A stretch of 64,000 nucleotides of DNA from Bacteroidetes bacterium MED-G17 (GTDB lineage: Bacteria > Bacteroidota > Bacteroidia > NS11-12g > UBA9320), in contig NTKK01000004.1 in NCBI GenBank assembly GCA_002457675.1, forward strand, positions 91,666 through 155,665, written 5' to 3'. Of the stretch, positions 29,622 to 40,775 are shown one piece after another; the stretch's first letter is position 1; each line of letters begins with the position of its first letter. Both the position numbers and the translations under genes were made by a program. The notes under the pieces were generated by a model. The model was not told the DNA's origin and made no database searches. It saw nothing but the letters and a program-made list of their open reading frames with translations.

Positions 29622-30839
29622 ATGAAAAAGAAAAAAGTAGCTATCATTGGTGCGGGAATATCTGGGCTTACTGCTGCTTTGTATCTAAAGCGGGCCAATA
29701 TTCCTTTTGAGGTATTCGAAAAAACAGCTGAAGTCGGTGGTAGGATGAAATCTGAACTTGTAGAGGGCTTAATTGTCGACCACGGCTTTCAAATTTTCCT
29801 TACATCTTATCCAGAGGCCCTAAGTGTTGTTAATTATGCAGATTTAGAATTTACGCCCCTTACAAAGGGATTTACACTTTGTAAAAACAAAAAAAAATAT
29901 TTCTTAGAGTATCCTAATGGACGCTATCGAAATGTTTTTAACATGCTTAGGTATCCTTTTATGGATATAAAATCTTTATGGAATATGGCCAAAATTGTTG
30001 TCTATTTGAGAAGTACAAGTTTGAAAAAAATTTTTAGCCAAAAAGATATCCCAACTCATAAGTTTTTAAAAAACAGAGGCCTTTCAGATGATTTTATTTC
30101 ACATACCTTGCAACCATTCTTAAAAGGCATCTTTTTAGAAAATAATTTGGAAACGTCCAGCAAGGTGTTTCAATATGTTTTGAAGATGATGCTCTCAGGA
30201 AGTATCGTAGTTCCTACAAATGGTATGGGCGCTATTCCCAAACAACTTTATAAGAATATTGGCACAAATTATTTTCATTTTTTTAAATCATTGGAAAAAA
30301 TTGAAAATGAAAACCTCTTTTTTGAGGATGGATATAAAACTTCAGCAGATTTTATTATCGATACTAGACCAAAGACATTTCAGAAAAAAGCAAATCAAAA
30401 TAGTCTTTTTGTTTTTATTACGCCCAATAAAGTATTAAAAGCCTGTGAATTGGCCGTGTTCGAGAATAATCCACTAGGTATAAGTAATCTAGTTCAGTTC
30501 AGTAATTTATATGTAAACTCTAGAGATGTTGAATATATTGGCATTTCCGTAAATAATAAAGTTAGTGAAAGTAATAAGTTGGATTCTAAGAAGATTTTGG
30601 AATACATTACCAATTATTTTGATACCACGGATTGGAAATGGATAAAAACACACCATATACCATACGGATTAAATAATCAAGAACAGGTTAATTATTCTTA
30701 TAAAAAAGAAATAATGGCTCAAAAAGAAAAGACCTATTTGGCAGGTGATTGGAATTTATATGGTTCCACAAATGCTGCCATACACAGCGGCAAGTGTGCT
30801 GCAGAGGCAATCATAAGAAGGGTAAATACAAATATTTAA
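29622..30839 (+). CDS. FAD-dependent oxidoreductase (amine oxidase/protoporphyrinogen oxidase-like fold)
   Basis: IIGAGISGL...EK..VGGR, DHGFQ, YLAGD...AIHSG. Confidence 0.85.
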   Translation: MKKKKVAIIGAGISGLTAALYLKRANIPFEVFEKTAEVGGRMKSELVEGLIVDHGFQIFLTSYPEALSVVNYADLEFTPLTKGFTLCKNKKKYFLEYPNGRYRNVFNMLRYPFMDIKSLWNMAKIVVYLRSTSLKKIFSQKDIPTHKFLKNRGLSDDFISHTLQPFLKGIFLENNLETSSKVFQYVLKMMLSGSIVVPTNGMGAIPKQLYKNIGTNYFHFFKSLEKIENENLFFEDGYKTSADFIIDTRPKTFQKKANQNSLFVFITPNKVLKACELAVFENNPLGISNLVQFSNLYVNSRDVEYIGISVNNKVSESNKLDSKKILEYITNYFDTTDWKWIKTHHIPYGLNNQEQVNYSYKKEIMAQKEKTYLAGDWNLYGSTNAAIHSGKCAAEAIIRRVNTNI

Positions 30840-31957
30840 CCTTTGTTGAGCATCATTGGCATAATTAGCATAAGCAAATGCTCATTTTCATCTTGCTCAG
30901 AAGGCAACAAAATTCCTGCTTTATTTGGATCGCTCAATTCTAGACTAACCTCGGAAGTTGTCATGTTGGTCAACATATCAACTAGATATCGCGCATTGAA
31001 ACCTATTTCTATATCAGCACCTGCATAGTTTACTGATAGTCTCTCTGTTCCCTCGTTTGACATGTCCAAATCTTCTGCGCTTAAAGTCATTTCGCTACCT
31101 GCCAATTTCAATCTTATTTGTTGTGTTGTTTTGTTGGCATAAATAGCAATTCGCTTAACCGACTGTAGAAATTGGCTTCTGTCGATGGTAAGTTTATTGG
31201 GGTTATCAGTAGGAATTACTGCATTATAGTCTGGATATTTTTCATCTATCAATCTACTAATAATTTTAACCTTATCAAATGAGAAGAAAACATTGTTTTG
31301 GTTATAATCCATTTGCACATTTCCAGTTGTAGCTGTGAGGTTGCTCTTCAGTTGTGTTAATGCTTTTTTGGGTACAATAAAACTTGTAGTTGAAGAAGAC
31401 GCTATCTGGAGGCGTTGACTTCGAACCAATCTGTTGGCATCTGTAGCAACAAAATTCAATTGGTTTTCATCTATTTCAAAAAACACCCCAGTTAGATTTT
31501 GTCGCAATTCATCATTACTTGTAGCGAAAAGGGTTTTAGCTATAGAATCTTCAAGCACTTCTGCAGGAATTTGTAAACTTTCATCTGCTGTATGGCTTGG
31601 GGTTTTTGGGAAGTCTTCACCAGGTTCGCCATTTAGTTTATATCTTCCCGTTTCAGAAGTAATTTCTACCGTGAAGTTGTTTTCGTCGATATCCAGTGTA
31701 AGTGGCTGATCCGGCAAAGAACGCAAGGTTTCCATTAGCATTTTGGAGGGAATAGCCACATGAATATTCCCATCTGCTTGAACCTCAAGTTCTGTTGTAA
31801 TTGTAGTCTCTAAGTCTGTTGCAGTTATTTTCAAGTTGCCTTCTTTAATTCCAAACAAAAAGTTGTCCAAAATAGGAAGAATAGGTTTGCTTACAACAAC
31901 ACCTCCAATGGTTTGTAGGTTTTGCAGTAAGGTCTTTGAATTAACTACGAACTTCAT
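30836..31957 (-). CDS. dnaN: DNA polymerase III beta clamp
   Basis: LPIL, ATDLE, VATD, YPDY, IGFNARYL, LIMPM. Confidence 0.97.
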   Translation of the reverse strand: MKFVVNSKTLLQNLQTIGGVVVSKPILPILDNFLFGIKEGNLKITATDLETTITTELEVQADGNIHVAIPSKMLMETLRSLPDQPLTLDIDENNFTVEITSETGRYKLNGEPGEDFPKTPSHTADESLQIPAEVLEDSIAKTLFATSNDELRQNLTGVFFEIDENQLNFVATDANRLVRSQRLQIASSSTTSFIVPKKALTQLKSNLTATTGNVQMDYNQNNVFFSFDKVKIISRLIDEKYPDYNAVIPTDNPNKLTIDRSQFLQSVKRIAIYANKTTQQIRLKLAGSEMTLSAEDLDMSNEGTERLSVNYAGADIEIGFNARYLVDMLTNMTTSEVSLELSDPNKAGILLPSEQDENEHLLMLIMPMMLNKG

Positions 31958-32018
31958 AAAGCAATTTTATTAAACATTTCAAAAAAATACAATCTGTATC
32001 AATTAAACTAATGTTTCG

Positions 32019-33227
32019 TTAATTCTTATTTAAGAAACTAGAATCTGAGGACGGAAAAAGGATTTTTGCCATCTGTAAAGATGTATTTTGGATGCTGTAT
32101 TCAGCAATTAGGTTGCTTTTCATTTCATCAATAATTTTGGCATCTATGTCATGAACTCTTTTGGCAGCCGATATAAACCCTTCGGCACTATTAGCCAAAA
32201 TGGTTGATTTAAGCAGTTTCTTGGGAATACCTTGGCTACCTATCTCTGTTGAAACAACAATTTTTTTATTTGCTATAGCTTCTAACAATTTAATTCGAAT
32301 ACCACTACCCGATTTGATAGGTACCAAACAAACTGACTTATCTACTAAAAACGTTTCTTTATTTGGTATTTCTCCATACACGTAAACACCTTTTGCCTTA
32401 TACTTTTTTAAAAAATTCGGGCAATTTCTTCCGGCAATATGCAATTCTAATTCTCTATTTTCCTCAATCATTTTTGGCCAAACACTTTTTAGAAACCACA
32501 TCAATGCTTCAAGATTGGGTGGCCAATCTAGTGCACCAAGATGATACCATTTATTTTTATTGGTTTTTAACTCACTCGATTCAATGGGGATTTCAACACC
32601 TGATGGCACAACAAAGTTGGGTGTATGGCCAGATTCATTTTTACCTTTTTGAAGATCATGTTCCGTTACCCAAACAATAGAGTCAAATTTTGGCAACATC
32701 TTTTTTTCATAATCTCTAAGGCGTTTTGTAAGGTGTTTTACATACCATTTTTTGAGGGGATTAACTTCTCTATTTGCCCTTCGTTCCCAAATTTCTGATT
32801 CCATATTATGTTGCCTTAAAATGCAAGGCGCTGAGGTTTTTTCTTTAACAATTGATAAATAAGGAGCCATGAAAATGGTCTCAAATTGAACGGCATCAAA
32901 ATTATTCGCCGATAACTTTTCTGAAATTTTCTTAGCAAATGACTTACTATAGAATCTGCTAATATTATATGATTTTTTTCTAAAAAGATGCAGAAAAGCT
33001 GGAATGAGTTTTACGTCTGTATCTAACGGAAAAAGTTCCACATCCGCCAAATATTTGAGTTTTTCATTTGCCCGATCGATATCAATTTTGTGCTTTTTGG
33101 CTGCTATGGCCATGAAATATGTATTCAACCCTAAAGATTTGTAGCCCATTAGAAAGTTGTAAATCATTATTGATCCACCATCCTTTAATGGGAAAGGAAC
33201 TCTATGTGAAATATTTAGCAGATTCAA
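32019..33227 (-). CDS. Glycosyltransferase family 4
   Basis: PFPLKDGG, GALDWPPN, VPIKSGSGIRIKLLEA. Confidence 0.88.
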   Translation of the reverse strand: MNLLNISHRVPFPLKDGGSIMIYNFLMGYKSLGLNTYFMAIAAKKHKIDIDRANEKLKYLADVELFPLDTDVKLIPAFLHLFRKKSYNISRFYSKSFAKKISEKLSANNFDAVQFETIFMAPYLSIVKEKTSAPCILRQHNMESEIWERRANREVNPLKKWYVKHLTKRLRDYEKKMLPKFDSIVWVTEHDLQKGKNESGHTPNFVVPSGVEIPIESSELKTNKNKWYHLGALDWPPNLEALMWFLKSVWPKMIEENRELELHIAGRNCPNFLKKYKAKGVYVYGEIPNKETFLVDKSVCLVPIKSGSGIRIKLLEAIANKKIVVSTEIGSQGIPKKLLKSTILANSAEGFISAAKRVHDIDAKIIDEMKSNLIAEYSIQNTSLQMAKILFPSSDSSFLNKN

Positions 33228-34720
33228 TTTTTTACTTGAATTTTCTTACGCACTTTGGTTTTAAGATTAGTAGATAATTTCAGCCAAAAATCAGCTTCAA
33301 AGAATCTTATTTCTTTAGAAGCCGCATAGGTAAGCATGATAGCTACTGGAGTGAGTATAAAAGTACTCATCCACATGCCCTCAATTGGATCTAACTTTCC
33401 CTCTTTGGCCAATTTCTCCCCTAATACGTTAATTATATGGTAAACAATGAACATCAGAATTGAAACAACAAGTGGTAGCCCAAAACCTCCTTTTCTGATT
33501 ATCGCGCCTAAGGAAGCGCCTATAAAAAATAGTAATATAACGCTTAAAGCCAATGTGAACTTTTGATGATAAGCCACTTGATATTTCCATTTTAGCATTT
33601 TGTCTTCCCGAATCCCATCCTTATATATTTTGAGGCGATTTTTTATTGATCTAGCCCTAGAAATAGCAAAATTGAAAACATCATTATTGTTCGGTTTAGC
33701 GGGCTTTACATTTCTTTCTACAAAATTCTTTTTCGCATATTTTTTTGACGAAACAGGCAATTTCATTAATGCATGTAATGTGTCGATTTTTTGGTTTTTT
33801 TGAATCGAAATACTGTCTTTCAGCTTAGGCAAATCCAAGAACTGTTGGAGATATTCATTGGTAGCCATTTCTTCTTGTTTCACCTTCTTATTTAGAGAAT
33901 CGATTCTATCCTGCAGCTCAGCTACATTTAACATTCTTCTATCCTCTTTGAAGGCATTTTTACTAATCCTATTAAATTGTAAATCTGTCAAGTCAATAGC
34001 AATCTTTTGATAAGAAAACCGCATGATATTGTTTGGGAAACTTATTCTATAATTTTTATCCTCTATCATTTCTTGATGTCTTACTCCATCCTCTAAGGTA
34101 AGCACCATAAACCTTTTGTCATTGGTAAAAACCAGCTTGCCTTTTTTTGCTGTAATTATATCTCTATTTATACCATTTTTCTGATTTGCATAGATAAGTA
34201 TATCCTCAACTGTTTCACCATCTTTATGCTTCTTCCCAACTTTGATAGAATACCCTTCTAGATCATTAAAAAAAATCCCTTCTTGCAGATTCATCCCAGG
34301 TTTTTTGGTTTTTATAGAATAAAATAATGCGCCCCAATTCAAGTTTGCCTTTGGTATCCAAATATTGGCTGTATGAAAAGCAATTACAGACAAAGTGACC
34401 ATCAATAAAATGAGTGGAAACATGCTTCGATATAGCGAAATACCTGATGATTTTATCGCTACAAGTTCATACCTTTCTCCAAGGTTTCCGAAAGTCATTA
34501 TACTTGAAAGCAATATGGCCAATGGCAAGGCTAAAGGGATAAGATGGATAGATAGGTAGAATATAAATTCGACAATAACATACCACTCAAGCCCTTTACC
34601 AACAATATATTTAACGTATTGATACAATGCCTGAAGTAAAAAAAGAAATAAACTAATAAAAAAAGTTGCGATGAAAGGTCCAATAAAGCTACGTAAATAT
34701 AAAATGTGTAGTTTTTTCAA
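33224..34720 (-). CDS. LptF/LptG family LPS export permease
   Basis: LALPLAILLS, ELVAIKSSGISL, GAIIRKGG. Confidence 0.92.
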   Translation of the reverse strand: MKKLHILYLRSFIGPFIATFFISLFLFLLQALYQYVKYIVGKGLEWYVIVEFIFYLSIHLIPLALPLAILLSSIMTFGNLGERYELVAIKSSGISLYRSMFPLILLMVTLSVIAFHTANIWIPKANLNWGALFYSIKTKKPGMNLQEGIFFNDLEGYSIKVGKKHKDGETVEDILIYANQKNGINRDIITAKKGKLVFTNDKRFMVLTLEDGVRHQEMIEDKNYRISFPNNIMRFSYQKIAIDLTDLQFNRISKNAFKEDRRMLNVAELQDRIDSLNKKVKQEEMATNEYLQQFLDLPKLKDSISIQKNQKIDTLHALMKLPVSSKKYAKKNFVERNVKPAKPNNNDVFNFAISRARSIKNRLKIYKDGIREDKMLKWKYQVAYHQKFTLALSVILLFFIGASLGAIIRKGGFGLPLVVSILMFIVYHIINVLGEKLAKEGKLDPIEGMWMSTFILTPVAIMLTYAASKEIRFFEADFWLKLSTNLKTKVRKKIQVKN

Positions 34721-34724
34721 GCGT

Positions 34725-37340
34725 TTATCCTTTTAATTGTTCTTTTAGCAATTTAATTTTATTTGAGGTATCTCGGAATTTCTGTTGCTCTCTGTCAATG
34801 ACTTCTTTTCGTGCATTTTGAATAAATCTCTCATTGCCCAGTTTTTTTTCTATTCCCAATAAAAAACCCTGCAACCTTTTTATTTCCCTGATAACACCTT
34901 CTACATCGACTTTTCCATTTTCTACTCCTTCAAATTGCAAAGAGAACGCCTTTGTGTGAACCAAAATTTTGTCTCCCGAAGGATTTTTCGAAAAATTAAT
35001 TTCGGAAACATTGGCAAGCTTTTTAATTACATCGCTAAATAACAGGTATATTTTTGCCTCTTCTCCCTCAAACTTGTATTCTACTGCGCAGGTTTTTTTG
35101 GGGCTTAAGCCTTTTTTGCTTCTCTCAGATCGTATTTGACTAACTAGCAAAAAAGGTTCTTGTGTGTAGGTAAAATCATCAACCAGCTCAAATGCTTCTG
35201 GCCAAGGGTTTTGGTTAATCAAACTTTTATTTCCTAGAGCATGCCAAAGTTCTTCTGAAATAAAGGGCATGAATGGATGAAGCAATTTCAAAATTTTTCC
35301 GAATAATTCTAAAAACTCAGCCTTTGTGTCGGTTGGAATTTTTTCGTTATCAGAAGGCTTTATCATTTCCAAATACCAAGAACAAAAATCGTCCCAAACA
35401 AATCTATAAATTGACGTAATGGCTTCTGAAAATCTATACTCATCGAGTTGTCGATTTACATTTGTCAAGCAAGCATTAAACCTATTTTTTACCCAACGTG
35501 AAATATGGGTATTGTTGTTTTTATAAAAATCATTCGCCAATTCTGTTGTTTCGAGGCCCTCAACAAACCTGTAAGCATTCCATATTTTATTGGCAAAATT
35601 TCTTCCTTGATTACAAAGGCTCTCGTCAAATAATATATCATTCCCAGCAGGAGCACTCGATAAAATACCAAATCTAACTGCGTCAGTTCCAAATTCATCC
35701 ATTAGAGCAATAGCATCAGGTGAATTTCCAAGTGATTTGGACATCTTTCTGCCCAGTTTGTCCCGAACTATACCCGTAAAATAGACCTTTTTAAATGGTT
35801 TTTCATCTCTTAAATAATAAGCAGACATAATCATGCGGGCTATCCAAAAGAAAATAATGTCCGGACCAGTTACAATATCATTTGCAGGGTAATAATAACT
35901 TATTTCCTCGTTCTGCGTATCATTGACACCGTTAAAAACACTAATCGGCCACAACCAACTGCTAAACCATGTATCTAGAACATCTTCATCCTGCATAAGC
36001 TCGTCAATTTTACCAGAGAAACCTTTTTGCTTTGCAAGTTCGAAAGCTTGAATTTTTGTTTCAGCTACCACAACTTGATCGTTGAAATAATATGCAGGAA
36101 TTCTTTGTCCCCACCACAATTGACGACTAATACACCAATCTTTGATATGCTCCAGCCAATGGCGGTAAGTATTTTTATACTTTGATGGGACAAATTCGAT
36201 TTCATCAGTCATGACTGAGTTAAGCACATTTGGGTGTTTTTTCATGAATAAATCCATATTTACAAACCATTGTTCGCTAAGCCTTGACTCCACAACAGCG
36301 TTGGTTCTCTCCGATCGTCCAACTTTATTTTGATATTCTTCTATTTTATCCAAAGCGCCCGCCTCTTGCAATTCAATAGTGATCTTTTTTCTGACTTCGA
36401 ACCTGTCCATTCCAATGAAAAATTGTGCATTTTCATTTAATGTCCCATTCGGGTTAAGTACATCAATTGTTTCAATTTGATGCTTTTGTCCTAATTCATA
36501 ATCATTTGAATCATGTGCAGGAGTAACTTTTAGTGCACCTGTTCCAAAATCCATTTGCACATAGTCATCAATTATTATCGGTATTTCTCGATGTATTAAT
36601 GGAACAATCGCTTTTTTACCCTTCAAACGTTTATATCTAGGATCTTTAGAATTTACTGCAATTGCTGAATCTCCTAAAATAGTTTCTGGGCGTGTTGTAG
36701 CAATAGTTATGAAATCGTCTTGTCCAACAATATTGTATTTGATGTAATATAATTTTGATTTTTCTTCATGGTATATAACTTCTTCATCACTAATAGCAGT
36801 AAGTCCTTTTGGATCCCAATTGACCATCCTTTTGCCCTTATATATGTACCCATCATTATACATCTTGACGAAAGTTTTTATAACTGATTTATAAAGTTCC
36901 TCTTCCATGGTAAATTTTGTTCTATCCCAATCACAACTGCAACCGAGCTTCTGAAGTTGTTCTAAGATAATTCCTCCATATGTATCTTTCCATTCAAATG
37001 CATATTCAAGAAATTTCTCACGACCGATTTCACTCTTTTTAATTCCCTTTTCCCTAAGCATTTTTACAACTTTTGCCTCGGTAGCTATTGAAGCATGGTC
37101 CATACCCGGAAGCCACAAGGCATTCTTACCTATCATGCGCGCTTTTCGTACTAAAACATCTTGTATTGTGTTGTTTAATATATGACCCATGTGTAAAACA
37201 CCAGTAACATTTGGTGGAGGAATTAGTACAACAAAAGGTTCTCTATTGTCCACTTTAGAGGTAAAGGCACCTGACTCTAACCAAGTCTTGTACCACTTGC
37301 CTTCAACATCATTCGGATTGTAATGCTTAGAAATAGACAT
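34725..37340 (-). CDS. valS: Valine--tRNA ligase
   Basis: PPPNVTGVLHMGH, DWCISRQLWWG, DVLDTWFSS, KMSKS. Confidence 0.99.
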   Translation of the reverse strand: MSISKHYNPNDVEGKWYKTWLESGAFTSKVDNREPFVVLIPPPNVTGVLHMGHILNNTIQDVLVRKARMIGKNALWLPGMDHASIATEAKVVKMLREKGIKKSEIGREKFLEYAFEWKDTYGGIILEQLQKLGCSCDWDRTKFTMEEELYKSVIKTFVKMYNDGYIYKGKRMVNWDPKGLTAISDEEVIYHEEKSKLYYIKYNIVGQDDFITIATTRPETILGDSAIAVNSKDPRYKRLKGKKAIVPLIHREIPIIIDDYVQMDFGTGALKVTPAHDSNDYELGQKHQIETIDVLNPNGTLNENAQFFIGMDRFEVRKKITIELQEAGALDKIEEYQNKVGRSERTNAVVESRLSEQWFVNMDLFMKKHPNVLNSVMTDEIEFVPSKYKNTYRHWLEHIKDWCISRQLWWGQRIPAYYFNDQVVVAETKIQAFELAKQKGFSGKIDELMQDEDVLDTWFSSWLWPISVFNGVNDTQNEEISYYYPANDIVTGPDIIFFWIARMIMSAYYLRDEKPFKKVYFTGIVRDKLGRKMSKSLGNSPDAIALMDEFGTDAVRFGILSSAPAGNDILFDESLCNQGRNFANKIWNAYRFVEGLETTELANDFYKNNNTHISRWVKNRFNACLTNVNRQLDEYRFSEAITSIYRFVWDDFCSWYLEMIKPSDNEKIPTDTKAEFLELFGKILKLLHPFMPFISEELWHALGNKSLINQNPWPEAFELVDDFTYTQEPFLLVSQIRSERSKKGLSPKKTCAVEYKFEGEEAKIYLLFSDVIKKLANVSEINFSKNPSGDKILVHTKAFSLQFEGVENGKVDVEGVIREIKRLQGFLLGIEKKLGNERFIQNARKEVIDREQQKFRDTSNKIKLLKEQLKG

Positions 37341-37347
37341 CAGTCAA

Positions 37348-37355
37348 CAAATTTA
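37348..37355 (-). promoter_or_regulatory. -7 promoter element just upstream of valS
   Basis: TAAATTTG ends 7 nt before the ATG. Confidence 0.5.
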
Positions 37356-37429
37356 AGCCCTGATTTGATTGTAACACTTGAAGAATGATTTTTAGGCCTA
37401 AAATCTAAACTTTTAATCATTTTTGTGGT

Positions 37430-39169
37430 ATGCTTCGTTCACATACTTGTGGTGAGTTAAATGAATCCAATATTGGGGAAAAAGTCAGTTTATGCGGTTG
37501 GGTCCAAAACCATAGAGACTTGGGTGCAATGTGTTTCATTGACTTAAGAGATAGGCACGGAATCACCCAACTTAGTTTCAATGAACTAAGCGCCTCTTCT
37601 CTCCTTGAAGTTTCAAAAAATGTAGGAAGAGAATATGTCCTTAGAGCGACTGGCAAAGTGATTGAGCGTAGTAGTAAAAATGAACAAATTTCTACTGGAG
37701 GTATAGAAATACAAGTAGAGGATTTAGAAGTATTGAACCAATCTAGTACACCCCCTTTTACCATTGAAGATGAGACAGATGGTGGCGATGAACTGAGAAT
37801 GAAATACCGCTATTTAGATTTGAGACGTCCAAAACTGCAGAAAAATATGTTTTTGCGCCATAGAACCTCACAAGCAATTAGAAACTTTTTAAGTAAAGAA
37901 AACTTCCTTGAAATTGAAACACCCTACCTTATCAAATCAACGCCAGAAGGTGCAAGAGATTTTGTTGTACCAAGCCGTATGAATACCGATCAATTTTACG
38001 CTTTACCACAATCCCCGCAAACTTTCAAACAACTACTTATGGTAAGCGGATTTGACAAGTATTTTCAAATTGTAAGATGTTTTAGGGATGAAGACTTGAG
38101 GGCAGATAGACAGCCAGAGTTTACTCAGATTGATTGTGAAATGAGTTTTGTGCAACAAAAAGATATCTGCCAAACATTTGAATTACTTGCAAAAGCGGTT
38201 TTCAAAGAAACAATCAATATTGATTTACCAGCTTTTGAGACCATGACTTATGAAGAAGCCATCAACTTATATGGTAATGACAAACCCGATACGCGATTCG
38301 AAATGCAAATAAAACATCTGGATAAATTTGCCAAAGGACATGGTTTTCAAGTTTTTGATGGTGCAGAGAAAGTTTTGGGCATCGTGGCAAAAGGTGCCTC
38401 AAATTATACGAGAAAGAAGTTAGATGCATTAAGCAATTTTGTAAAAAGACCACAGATCGGTGCTAAAGGACTGGTTTATTGTAAATATAATGAAGATGGA
38501 AGTTTCAAGTCGTCGATAGATAAATTCTTTGATGCTCAAGTTTGGCAAAATCTTGCAGAGAATTGTGACGCACACGCGGGAGATTTGATTTTGATTCTGT
38601 CGGGTACTGAAAATCAGGTCTTGAAGCAAATGAGTGAGCTTAGGTTAGAAATGGGGCGTCAATTAAATTTAATTGATAATAAAATATTTAAACCACTTTG
38701 GGTAACTGATTTCCCTCTTTTGGAGTGGGATGAAGAAAATCAGCGGTTTCATGCAATGCACCACCCATTTACTAGCCCGAAAACAGAAGATTTTGATAAA
38801 CTTAGCAGTCAGCCAAAACAGGTTAAAGCAAATGCTTATGATATGGTAATTAATGGTGTAGAAGTTGGTGGCGGAAGTATAAGAATTCACGATAGAGCTA
38901 CACAAGAGAAAATGTTGTCCCTTTTAGGTTTTTCAGATAAAGAAGCAAAAGAACAATTTGGGTTCTTGATGGATGCATTTGAATATGGCGCACCTCCTCA
39001 CGGTGGTATTGCATTGGGATTTGATAGACTTTGTAGTTTGCTAGCTGGGGAAGATAATATTCGAGATGTCATTGCTTTTCCAAAAAACAACCAAGGCAGA
39101 GATCTAATGATAGATGCACCCTCAGAGATTGACCCTTATCAAAAACGTGAATTGGGTTTAATTAATTGA
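37430..39169 (+). CDS. aspS: Aspartate--tRNA ligase
   Basis: [45 protein letters not shown]. Confidence 0.99.
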   Translation: MLRSHTCGELNESNIGEKVSLCGWVQNHRDLGAMCFIDLRDRHGITQLSFNELSASSLLEVSKNVGREYVLRATGKVIERSSKNEQISTGGIEIQVEDLEVLNQSSTPPFTIEDETDGGDELRMKYRYLDLRRPKLQKNMFLRHRTSQAIRNFLSKENFLEIETPYLIKSTPEGARDFVVPSRMNTDQFYALPQSPQTFKQLLMVSGFDKYFQIVRCFRDEDLRADRQPEFTQIDCEMSFVQQKDICQTFELLAKAVFKETINIDLPAFETMTYEEAINLYGNDKPDTRFEMQIKHLDKFAKGHGFQVFDGAEKVLGIVAKGASNYTRKKLDALSNFVKRPQIGAKGLVYCKYNEDGSFKSSIDKFFDAQVWQNLAENCDAHAGDLILILSGTENQVLKQMSELRLEMGRQLNLIDNKIFKPLWVTDFPLLEWDEENQRFHAMHHPFTSPKTEDFDKLSSQPKQVKANAYDMVINGVEVGGGSIRIHDRATQEKMLSLLGFSDKEAKEQFGFLMDAFEYGAPPHGGIALGFDRLCSLLAGEDNIRDVIAFPKNNQGRDLMIDAPSEIDPYQKRELGLIN

Positions 39170-39190
39170 TCAACCCCATCTAGATAAAAT

Positions 39191-40771
39191 CTACCTAATT
39201 TTCACAACACTTCGTGATTGCATAACATCTTCCGATTGGTATTGCAAATAGTAAACACCTGGCGTCATTGACGATGCATTTAGAATAGTTGTGTGCTCAC
39301 CTTCACTCTTGTCTTCATCAACCAATACCGATATTTCTCTAGCTTGTGTATCTAAAACACTTATCCTTACATGACGGCCATTAGATGCATATTTCACGGT
39401 TGTACTTTCAACAAAAGGATTGGGGTAATTGTATATCCATGTATCTCCTGACTTTTTTTGTAAGGCTCTAGCCACGCTTCCTGTCTGACAAGTATCCTCT
39501 AGTATATCAAGCGAGTCAAAGTTTTGAAGCATTACAGAATCAACTTCAGAACTTGGCAAGCAAAACCAATTTTTAAGAACGGAAGAATAAATATTTCGAA
39601 AATCTATCTCCATTTCAACTCCGTCTCCGGTTTCAACCTCGTCCGCAATTTGGGGATTTTCACCCAAAATACCTCCTTTCACATTTTTACCAAACATGAA
39701 CAAAGGCGCGGCAGATCCATGATCAGTTCCACTACTTGCATTTGATTTTATACGTCTTCCAAATTCAGAATAAGTCATGCCCAAAACACGATCTTCTAAA
39801 CCCAAAAGTTTTAAATCGTCTTGAAAAGCATAAATGGCTTCTGACACCCGATTTAACAAGTTGGCATGTGCTCCTTCTTCATTGCCTGTACTTGCGTCTA
39901 TTTGATTGGCATGTGTATCAAAACCACCTAAAGTTACTGTATACACTCTTGTGCGTAGTCCTCCTGATATAAGTCTAGCGACTATTTTTAGTTGTTTAGC
40001 CAGACTTTCTGTTTCGTCATACAATTCGCTTTTGTTGCTGCCCTTTTCGGAAGCTTCGTTTACAACTTTAGCGTATTCATTGCTTTGATGTGCTACAGTT
40101 CTAATAAATTTTAGCTCTCTCCCTGAACGGGTATTTGGCGTACTATCATCGTCTGTTAATAGCTCGTAGAAATAGTCTGGATTTGAAACTGCTAAGCCCA
40201 TATTCACAGAAATGCCTTGACAAACTGGTGAAACAACTGATCCAATCTGTATTGCCAATGGGTCTTTCATATTGTCATTTGGAAATCCTTCAGGATAATT
40301 TGGCCACTCATTAGCTAAATATCTTCCAATCCAACCACTATTTAAATTTTCATCAGAATCAGAACCTGTAACCCAAATGTCTTTTGATCTAAAGTGTGAT
40401 CGATTTTGGTTCGGGTACCCTACACCTTGCAGTATCTGAAGCTCCCCATTCTTGTGCATCTCTTGAAGCTTTGTCATACTGGGATGCAAACCTGTTTTTT
40501 CTGTTCCTTCTAGGTTCAATACCTTATTCTCATCGATTAATACATTTTCTCTAGCCTTAAACAAGTTGCTGTACTGATCTAGAGGAATAACAGTATTTAG
40601 TCCGTCATTCCCGCCATTTAATTCTATTAAGACCAATACATGATCGGTTTCTGTAAAAGTATTGGCCGTATTTGATAAAGTTTTACCAAAAGCGCGAATG
40701 GGTTGTCCGCCAATCACCACTGGAATTAAACTCAATTGACCTGCTGTTTGTAAAAATTCTTTTCTGTTCAT
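39191..40771 (-). CDS. DUF1501 family protein with Tat-like signal and T9SS type A C-terminal domain
   Basis: MNRKEFL; LNGGNDGLNTVIP, NRSHFRS, GGFDTHANQ, SEFGRR, GTDHG; NYPNPF...GVYYLQ tail. Confidence 0.9.
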   Translation of the reverse strand: MNRKEFLQTAGQLSLIPVVIGGQPIRAFGKTLSNTANTFTETDHVLVLIELNGGNDGLNTVIPLDQYSNLFKARENVLIDENKVLNLEGTEKTGLHPSMTKLQEMHKNGELQILQGVGYPNQNRSHFRSKDIWVTGSDSDENLNSGWIGRYLANEWPNYPEGFPNDNMKDPLAIQIGSVVSPVCQGISVNMGLAVSNPDYFYELLTDDDSTPNTRSGRELKFIRTVAHQSNEYAKVVNEASEKGSNKSELYDETESLAKQLKIVARLISGGLRTRVYTVTLGGFDTHANQIDASTGNEEGAHANLLNRVSEAIYAFQDDLKLLGLEDRVLGMTYSEFGRRIKSNASSGTDHGSAAPLFMFGKNVKGGILGENPQIADEVETGDGVEMEIDFRNIYSSVLKNWFCLPSSEVDSVMLQNFDSLDILEDTCQTGSVARALQKKSGDTWIYNYPNPFVESTTVKYASNGRHVRISVLDTQAREISVLVDEDKSEGEHTTILNASSMTPGVYYLQYQSEDVMQSRSVVKIR

Positions 40772-40775
40772 GGTT

